DNA from: Felis catus | Taxonomy: Eukaryota | NCBI RefSeq assembly: GCF_018350175.1 | Contig: NC_058381.1 | Location: forward strand, 23,436,001-23,500,000 | Direction of reading: 5' to 3' | DNA: 64,000 nt | Shown here: positions 55,721 through 64,000 of the stretch, one piece after another | How the letters are laid out: each line of letters begins with the position of its first letter | Numbering within the stretch: position 1 is the stretch's first letter | The notes under the pieces: model-generated | The model's database searches: none | What the model was told of the DNA's origin: nothing | The model's input: the letters and a program-made list of their open reading frames with translations, nothing else | Translations under genes and position numbers: made by a program

Positions 55721-56789
55721 TTTAAATCATTATGATTACAACTACTGTCATAATTATAGAGATACCTTCTCAATTCGGAGGGTACTTGAAAATAAACTTC
55801 TATCCAAAACTCCCTCTCAGCTTATTCTAAAATCTATTCAAAGAACAAATGGAGCTCTGGGCTTTTATCCTGGACTCAATTGCAAACGTAGTTTCTACAT
55901 CATTTCATAATGAGTGTTTGTGATGAGATCACAGAACCACAGAAGACAAAATTGGAGACAGAGAAGCTCCTGCACCTTTCAACCCTGTCTGTGAAACAAA
56001 ACAAAATAAAGCGTATCAGCCTCTATGGATACACGGAGGATAAGAGATTTTGTCCCTAAAAGATGTCAAGCGTTAAAGTGAAACCTGGATTTCAGTGCCC
56101 ATCTCTTACTAAATCTTCCACACTGTATGATGAACTACTTTAAAGCAATGCCGTGCAGATGTAGAACTCACGTGATCTAAACAGAACAAGTAGAAGAGGA
56201 AAAGGAGGAAGGGGCTGAGGAAGGGGTGGGGTGGGGGGGGAGGAGGAAGGCACGGGCATAGGTATTTTTTTTTAAAGACCAGGTGATTCCAGTGTGCAGC
56301 CAGAGACTCATTGGATTGTGCCGCTTCCCTTTGACTCTTTTAATGCCATACCCCTTCGGTAAATAGGAAATAGAAAATACTTGCTTCCCCGTCTCCCTGT
56401 AGGCCCAGTGGGGTTTACTAAAATTGCGCCTGACATGTAATACACTAGATGCTGCTGAAAGCCACGTGCTTATTGTAAAACAATTACTAGGAACTGGGAA
56501 CCACAGTAGATCAAGGACAAGGCTGCACTTTCACGTTTATGTGTTAATGGGGGAGCCCAAGGCCTCGGGCAGGTGGGGTAAGTGTTGCCCTTTGAACACG
56601 GCATGACTTACAAGGGATTTCAGGTATCTGCTGGACGTTCTGGGCTGTTGATTTGATCACAGACACCACATCCAAAGAGGTAAGTAAAGCAAAATCTAAA
56701 ACATTTGAAAAAGGAAAGCAGAGTTGTGTCTTTGCAGTTTTCTCACGCCGCTGTTTTAAAGTGATTTCTTGGTTTCCTCCTTGTTCGTG

Positions 56790-56808
56790 TGACCACTAGA
56801 TGGCGCAC
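56790..56808 (+). promoter_or_regulatory. CTCF binding motif
   Basis: TGACCACTAGATGGCGCAC fully matches the core CCACYAGRKGGCRS; lies in unique sequence. Confidence 0.7.
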
Positions 56809-56867
56809 ACGTTACAAAACAGTATCGGAGGTGGGCGCTGCTATCACTTGGCAAAGGGAATCAGAGG

Positions 56868-57048
56868 TAGGGTGGCCAGATTTAGCAAATGAATGAATGA
56901 ATGAATGAATGAATAACTCCCAATTAAATTGGAAGTTCAGACAAACACATATTTCATGGGCTACCCCACTTATACTCAAAAAAAGCACTGTTGTTTCATA
57001 TGAAATTCAAATTTAACTGGGTGTCCTGTATTTTGTCTGGCAATCTTA
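56868..57048 (+). mobile_element. MER53 palindromic hAT MITE with internal (GAAT)6
   Basis: tagggtggccagatttagcaaat ... gaaattcaaatttaactgggtgtcctgtattttgtctggcaatctta inverted termini. Confidence 0.85.
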
Positions 57049-57650
57049 ATCAGTGGGGTACTTTCGGGAATAAGTAGGTAATCCAGTGGTGCTCAGCTTT
57101 TTCAGCTACTAGAAGTTTTTCGGTGGCATGGTTGAAAGAATCCAAAGATTCAAAGCAACGTGAAACAAGGTAGCAATGATTAGAGCACAGTCACAAGGGT
57201 TATAGTGCAGCAGTGTCTTCAGGGTCCAAAAAGCCCTGACAGTTAACCCTTTACTTCCTGGTTTGTCCCATATCATTGGGTGAGTCCAGCTGTTCCTGCC
57301 CTAACCACAGCTCTTCAGTCATCAAGGCAAGTTCTGGAATAATCCCAGCATTCACTCTTGCTTTCTTCAGCAATGGCTTGAGTGTGGCCTTGCCCTACGC
57401 CTCCTTGCTCTTAAAGTAAGTTGGACCTACATTACTTAGAGAAACACAGTCCCAGTGTTCACCTTGACAGAGAGTGGCATAGATAGTCACTTGTGAGAAA
57501 AGGAAGTTTTACATGTTAAGCAGAATTTGATGGCAGACACGTAGCGGTTGGTGCTGTGCCTCCTGCCAAGCTGACATCCCTTGGCCAGCCTCATGTTCAA
57601 TACCTCATGGAGAAGAAAAGGCAGAAACCCCTGCATTCTGAGCTCTTTCT

Positions 57651-57865
57651 TTTCATTCTTTTTAATGTTTGTTTATTTTTGAGAGAGAGAGGGAGCCCAC
57701 GTGGGAGGGGCAGAGAGAGAGAGAGGGAGAGGGAGAGGGAGAGAATCCCAAGCAGGCTCCTCGCTGGCAGGGCAGAGTCCAATGCGGGGCTCAAACTCAC
57801 AAACCGTGAGATCATGACCTTAGCCGAAGTCAGACGCTTAACCGACTGAGCCACCCAGGTGCCCC
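57651..57865 (-). mobile_element. Can-SINE
   Basis: 14-bp TSD tctgagctctttct (57637-57650 and 57866-57879). Confidence 0.96.
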
Positions 57866-58384
57866 TCTGAGCTCTTTCTTGACATGAATTGGCTAATCTC
57901 CCTGCTTGACCACAAGTCTCCTACAGGAAGGGTCTGTCCTTATAGCATCTGGCACACAGAAACGCTGAAGGCAGACCCCGAACTCAGGGCACTGCATCCT
58001 GAATCAGTGTTGTCTTCAACACACTTTCCAGACAGATCAGTTGCCCCAGTTTGTGATCCAAGTTGTAGTGCACCTGCTCTACCTGTAGGACGACTGGGTC
58101 CCTGGGAAGGAGAAGAAGACCGAAAGAAAGGAAATGGAAAAGGAAAAGTTAGCAATAGTTTGCAAAAGTTAACCTTAAAGGCTATGCAGCTAGAGCCTGC
58201 TCTGATCACTAATTCTTCTCTACTGGGGGGGAGAGGAAGACCTGATGGCCAGAAATCTGTCTCAGACCCACTGTTAGGATCTTGATTCTTTCTCCTGCAA
58301 AATGAATGCTTGCAGGAATCGATACACGAGAGAGCACAATCCAGTCTCTTTTTTTCTCCCCGCCCCAACTCTTTCCAAGATCTC

Positions 58385-58870
58385 TTTCTTCCTAACAGCT
58401 TTACTGAAACACAATTTGCACATTTTTCAATGTGCACTTTCGTGTACAGTTCAGTGGCTTTTGGTATATACACAGAGTTGTGTGACCAACAGTGCAATCA
58501 ATTTTACCACGTTTTCATCACCCCAGAAAGAAATCCCACCCCCATCAGTGGCCACTCCCCATTGCTTCCCAGTCCCCACCCCCAGCCCCAAGCAACAGCT
58601 AACCTACTTTTTGTCTCTATAAATTGGCCTACCCTGGACATGTCATATAAATGGAATCACATATTATGTGGTCTTTTGCGTCTGGCTTCTTTCCCTTAGT
58701 ATGATGTCAAGATTCACCCAAGTTATAGCAGGCGTCTGTACTTCATTCTTTTTTCTGCTAATATTCCATGTAGGGATACACCACATTTTATGTACCCATT
58801 TATTGGTTGATGGATGTTTGGGCTGTTTTCACGTTGGGGCTTTTACGAATAATGCTGCTATGAACCTTCA
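58385..58870 (-). mobile_element. Ancient L1M 3' fragment
   Basis: acagctttactgaaacacaattt...catcaccccagaaagaaa...aataatgctgctatgaac motifs. Confidence 0.8.
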
Positions 58871-59050
58871 TGGAGCGCACAGTCCATTCCGTGACTCTGC
58901 TCCAGGTCTTATAGACACATTGAGAAGGGTCAACTGTCTTTCTTTGTTCTAGAAACTCATTCACAGTAGGGCAGCTCCATGGGGATGCTGCCTCCAAAGT
59001 AAGAACAAAAAGAGAATATATATTTAACTGGGGAAATATATATTTAACTC

Positions 59051-59160
59051 GATGGCATCAGGCTTTGGCTCACGGCAGGATCTCATGGTTCATGAGTTCA
59101 AGCTCCGTGTCAGGCTCTGTACTGACAGCTCAGAGCCTGGAGCCTGCTTTGGATTCTGCG

Positions 59161-59194
<34 letters not shown>

Positions 59195-59260
59195 AATCTC
59201 TCCTTCCCCACTTGTGCTCTCTCTCTCTCTCTTTCAAAAATAAATAAACATCAAAAAAAA
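59051..59260 (+). mobile_element. 5'-truncated SINEC_Fc-type SINE
   Basis: SINE body lacking the head, (CT)n tract, A tail; preceded by a tandem duplication of aatatatatttaact. Confidence 0.9.
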
Positions 59261-60320
59261 TTAACTGGGGGAGAGGAGACACTGGGCAGGAGGGCTCTTC
59301 TGGGTAGATTCTTGCCAGGTTATATGAGTTCTTGGGCTCTGAGGAGTTTAGGGAAGATTGAGAGGTTTTCCATCTGCAGAATGGGTACACGATTCCTTTG
59401 CTTCCTCCAGTCTATAACTAACACATCCACATCTAAGAAAATTTGGGTCCTAAAGTAACACTATGTTTAGACAGCTTTGTAAGAATGGTCAGACAATGGC
59501 ATCTTTGGGAAATTTTTGCCCTCTGAGATATCCTGAATTCCTTAGGTCAACACATGGATAAACATAAAAAAGAAAAGAGGCTGCATTTTTCAGATTTTCC
59601 TCACCACTTTCAAGGCATAATGGTCCTAGAGAGGAAGCCAAGCACTCCTCTTTCAGAGGGGAGAGAGGGGAGAGGGATCAAGATTGACTGAAGTGAGTCA
59701 TCCTTACTCCCCTGCTGAGATATTCCTCCCCTGGGAACTCTGCATGGATTCATTCCACACAACTTACTGAGCACCTTCTGTGTGCCAAGTGCTTCAGATA
59801 AAAATACCATATCATTTTGCAAGTGAGGAAACTGGGGCTCAGAGTTCCCATAGCAAATGATGCTAGCAAATGATTTTACCTAAGTCTGACCACGGAGCGG
59901 CCATTATGGAAACGTCAACAATGATTAAAATGCAGTCGCTACTCTCCAGCAGATTATAAGCTAGTGAGGAGAACAGATAAATAAGTAAAAAATGAAAAAG
60001 AGACAGATCGGTACCAGAGGTGAGAAGCATAGAGAAATCATGGAGTTTAAAACCAAGGGCACTGCAGCCAGTGGTGGGTAGGAGAACACATAGTTTCCCC
60101 AAGAAAATGAAGTTTGAAAAACAAGGAAGAATCTACCAGGGAAAGGAGGGAAAGATGAGTTTCCTTGCAGAGAGAGAGCAGTAGCTACAAAGGATTTGCT
60201 ATAACAGATAGCTTTAAGAAGTCTGTAAAAATATCAGCGATTGTGGCTAAAATTAACAACACAGGAAACAACAGATGTTGGTGAGGATGCAGAGAAAGGG
60301 GAAGCCTCTTACACTGTTGG

Positions 60321-60450
60321 NNNNNNNNNNNNNNNNNNNNNNNNNNNNNNNNNNNNNNNNNNNNNNNNNNNNNNNNNNNNNNNNNNNNNNNNNNNNNNNN
60401 NNNNNNNNNNNNNNNNNNNNNNNNNNNNNNNNNNNNNNNNNNNNNNNNNN
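60321..60450. other. Assembly gap (130 N) within an L1
   Basis: N run. Confidence 1.
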
Positions 60451-60553
60451 TTTCAACGGGTGTGTGCACCCGTGTGCAGCATTATCAACGATAGTCGAGT
60501 TATGGAAAGAGCCCAAGGGTCCATCAACGGATGAATGGATAAAGAAGATGTTG

Positions 60554-60560
<7 letters not shown>

Positions 60561-60590
<30 letters not shown>
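60561..60590 (+). repeat. (CA)15 microsatellite inside an L1
   Basis: Directly read. Confidence 0.95.
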
Positions 60591-60592
<2 letters not shown>

Positions 60593-60726
60593 GGAATATT
60601 ACTCAGCCACCAAAAGAATGAAATTTTGCCATTTGTAACAACATGGATGGAGTTAGAGTGTATTATGCTAAGTCAGTGAGCAAAAGACAAATACCATATG
60701 ATTTCACTCTTAAATGTGGAATTTAA

Positions 60727-61370
60727 TGGGAATGCAAGCTGGTGCAGCCACTCTGGAAAACAGTATGGAGGTTCCTCAAAAAATTAAAAATAGAACTACC
60801 CTACGACCCAGCAATTGCACTACTAGGCATTTATCCACGGGATACAGGTGTGGTGTTTCAAATGGACACATGCNNNNNNNNNNNNNNNNNNNNNNNNNNN
60901 NNNNNNNNNNNNNNNNNNNNNNNNNNNNNNNNNNNNNNNNNNNNNNNNNNNNNNNNNNNNNNNNNNNNNNNNNNNNNNNNNNNNNNNNNNNNNNNNNNNN
61001 NNNNNNNNNNNNNNNNNNNNNNNNNNNNNNNNNNNNNNNNNNNNNNNNNNNNNNNNNNNNNNNNNNNNNNNNNNNNNNNNNNNNNNNNNNNTCAGAAAAA
61101 GACAAATATCATATGACTTCACTCCTATGAGGACTTTAAGAGACAAAACAGATGAACACAAGGGAAGGGAAACAAAAATAATATAAAAACAGGGAGGGGG
61201 ACAAGGCATAAGAGACTCATAAATATGGAGAACAAACTGAGGGTTATGGGAGGGGTTGTGGGAGGGGGGATGGGCTAAATGGGTAAGGGGCATTAAGGAA
61301 TCTACTCCTGAAATCATTGTTGCATTAGATGCTAACTAATTTGGATGTAAATTTAAAAAAATAAAATTAA
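60727..61370 (+). mobile_element. Young L1_Fc-type LINE, 5' truncated
   Basis: QPLWKTVWRFLKKLKIELPYDPAIALLGIYP, feline L1 3' UTR and A-rich tail. Confidence 0.93.
60874..61091. other. Assembly gap (218 N) within an L1
   Basis: N run. Confidence 1.
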
Positions 61371-61644
61371 TTATTATGTTGAGAAAAACCCTTTATTTTA
61401 TCAAATATTACATGGTAAAATTTATGTTTAATAAAATCTTTGGTAATATTTGGCCTCATTCAATATAAAAAATGACATTCTTTTAAATTTACTTTAAATA
61501 AATTATATTAGGAAGAAGACAATTTTGGCAAATAAAATATTGTATTATTCTTGGTTTGGTCATGATGTACATGAAAATATGGAAAAAAACCTTGAATTAC
61601 TAGCTTAGTATTAAATGCAGGTAGAAACTTTAAAAAATGTGGAA

Positions 61645-61905
61645 TTTAAGAAACAAAATGGGTGAACATAGGGGAAACCATAAAACAGATTCTGAACTGT
61701 AGAGAACAAACTGAGGTTTGCTGGAGGGGAGGTGGGCAGGGGCATGGGCTAAATGGGTGATAGGCATTAAGGAGGGCACTTGGGATGAGCACTGGGTGTC
61801 ATATGTTAAGTGATGAGTCACTAAATTCTACTTCTGAAACTAATATTACACTGTATGTTAGCGAACTAAAATTTAAACTGCAGCTTGAAACATTAAAAAG
61901 GAAGA
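61645..61905 (+). mobile_element. Carnivore L1 3' UTR fragment
   Basis: agagaacaaactgaggtttgctggagggg...gggcacttgggatgagcactgggtg...aattctacttctgaaac. Confidence 0.85.
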
Positions 61906-62991
61906 AGAAGAAAATCGGTGATGGGAGCAGTGGGTATGAGTGGCCATCCAGAGCGGTAAGAGACGACAGAGGTCAACCACAAAGGGATTTTTATATCACA
62001 CTGAAAGATGGCTTTTATTCTGAAACTTATGGGGGGCCATGAAGGCTTTTAAACTGAAGGGGGAGGTAATCTAAAATTTTACCAAGTTTACTTGAACAAC
62101 ATTGTGGAAAATGGATTGGAAGGAGCACGAGTAAAAGCTAAAAATACTCCCTAACCTTGTCCAAACCGGCTCCATTCTGAACCACTTGTCTGGAAAAGGC
62201 ACACTGTTTTCATGGTGGCTTTTCGCTTCACTGTCCTCCTGGGTGGGCCCGTGTCTTCCTCTTCTTGTCCTTACCCCATTGGAGTAGACCGCCATGTAAA
62301 AACCCTACGGAAAGAAAGTTGCTTCACAGGTAAAATTTCTAAGTTCTTGTAAGTCTGAAATGTCTTCATTCTGCCTTTACTCCTGACAGAAAGAATTCCA
62401 GGCTGGAAAACAGCTTCCCTCAGAACTTTGTGGGCATGGCTTTATTGTCTTGTGGTGATATCAGTCTGGTTGTCTTTCCTTTGATTTCACGTTTGAAAGA
62501 ATTCTCTTGTGCTTCACACCCTCTGGAACACTATACTTCGGCTGCACTGGCCATCTTGTGCCTCTTCCTGGAATTTTCTTCCCCAACTTTGCTCATGACT
62601 GGCACTATTTCATTCAGGTCTGAGCTCAAATCCGCTCTCAGAGAGGCCTCCCCTTAGCAACCTCGCTACACCAGCAAATACTAGAGGTGCAAAACAATAT
62701 TTATCAAGTTAATTAAAAATACTTAGTTATTTCCAACTAGGATTCTGTGAAAATATTTCAGAAAGGAGGTAGTATTTGGACCAGGCCAAATTCATAATCT
62801 AACTTATGTTTGATTGGCTCTCTGTATGGAGAAAAGGTGAATCTCAAATCCTTACCTCATATAATACACAGAAATGTATTCAGATTTATTCAGATGCCTT
62901 TTAAATCTAAATGAAAAAGAAAACTAATAAATATTCTAGAATAAAAACATAACATGTCTGTCTTCATCACCTTGGAGGATGGTAGATTCTT

Positions 62992-63702
62992 TTTTTTTCA
63001 TTAATTTATTTTTTAATTTGCATCCAAGCTAGTTAGCATGTAGTGCAACAGTGATTTCAGGAGTAGATGCCTTAATGCCCCTTACCCTTTGAGCCCATCC
63101 CCCCTCCCACAACCCCTCCAGTAACCCTCTGTTTGTTCTCCATTTTTAAGAGTCTCTTCTGTTTTGTTCCCCTCCCTGTTTTTATATTATTTTTGCTTTC
63201 CTTCCCTTATGTTCATCCGTTTCGTCTCTTAAAGTCCTCATATGAGTGAAGTCATATGATATTTGTCTTTCTCCAACTGACTAATTTTGCTTAGCATAAA
63301 ACCCTCTAGTTCCATCCACGTAGTTGCAAATGTCAAGATTTCATTCTTTTGGCNNNNNNNNNNNNNNNNNNNNNNNNNNNNNNNNNNNNNNNNNNNNNNN
63401 NNNNNNNNNNNNNNNNNNNNNNNNNNNNNNNNNNNNNNNNNNNNNNNNNNNNNNNNNNNNNNNNNNNNNNNNNNNNNNNNNNNNNNNNNNNNTTGGCTAT
63501 TGTTGATAGTGCTGCTATAAACATGAGGGTGCATGTGTCCCTTTGAAACAGCACACCTGTATCCGTTGGATAAATGCCTAGTAGTGCAATTGCTGGGTGG
63601 TAGGGTAGTTCTATTTTTAGTTTTTTTGAGGAATCTCCATACTGTTTTCCACAGTGGCTGCACCAGCTTGCATTCCCACCAGCCATGCCAAAGTGATGGA
63701 AT
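62992..63702 (-). mobile_element. Young L1_Fc-type LINE inserted into an older L1
   Basis: Poly-T, feline L1 3' UTR, ORF2 C-terminus; 13-bp TSD atgg(t/c)agattctt (62979-62991 and 63703-63715). Confidence 0.93.
63354..63492. other. Assembly gap (139 N) within an L1
   Basis: N run. Confidence 1.
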
Positions 63703-64000
63703 ATGGCAGATTCTTAACCAGGACACCAAAAGGTACTAGTCATTAAAATAAAACAGTAAACTGGACTGGATTAAAACTTAAAGCTTCTGTTCATCAAAAG
63801 ACACCCTGAAGACAGTGAAAAGGCATGTGAGAAAAGATATTTGCAATATATGGTACAGAAACTCATTTTCTGAGTAAAGAACTTTCACAATTAATAAGAA
63901 AAAAGGAAAGCAACACAATAGAGAAGTGGACAAAAGATTTGAACAGACACTGCCCCAGAGAAGATATCCAAGCAGCCAATAAACATATGAAAACAGTGCT

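Larger units (their letters stand above)
60241..60726 (+). mobile_element. Carnivore L1 ORF2 3' fragment (contains an N gap and (CA)15)
   Basis: aacagatgttggtgaggatgcagagaaagggg...gaatattactcagccaccaaaagaatgaa; translation ...KKNEILPFVTTWMELECIMLS. Confidence 0.9.
62700..64000 (+). mobile_element. Ancient L1M ORF2 relic split by the young L1
   Basis: ccttacctcatataatacacagaaat before the insertion; aaaacttaaagcttctgttcatcaaaagacacc...gaaaagatatttgcaa after it. Confidence 0.7.

Noticed and set aside
56624-56679. Exon-shaped 56-nt segment with a perfect GAG|GTAAGT donor
   Set aside because: The acceptor lacks a polypyrimidine tract and no partner exons were identified; cannot be supported from sequence alone.
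57884-58952. Cluster of 94-185 aa ORFs
   Set aside because: They overlap an antisense L1M 3' fragment and unique intergenic DNA, with no coherent protein homology.

Overview
Mammalian genomic DNA from a feliform carnivore, most likely a cat-family species, judged from abundant SINEC_Fc-type Can-SINEs and L1_Fc-type LINEs. Bases 169-26196 hold the last 16 coding exons of HEATR6 on the + strand. All introns are GT-AG and the phases join into one open frame (2959 nt) ending in TGA at 26196; the 5' exons lie upstream of the window. A HEATR6 intron hides an old, degraded, sense-oriented processed pseudogene of GALNT1 (pseudo-CDS about 6790-8288 plus UTRs) with a MER58B transposon in its 3' UTR; this is the least obvious feature found. 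From about 27 kb to the end I found no coding gene, only SINEs, MIR/L2/L1 relics, DNA transposons, a young L1 cluster and repeat-poor blocks with CTCF, YY1, HNF1, PBX/MEIS, HOX and PAX-like motifs. From remembered mouse synteny this is probably the upstream regulatory region of HNF1B (inference). Four N gaps occur; one matches the length of the missing homologous L1 sequence, suggesting a reference-guided consensus. I found no evidence of a wholly new biological system. Homology calls and repeat family names come from memory, not database searches.
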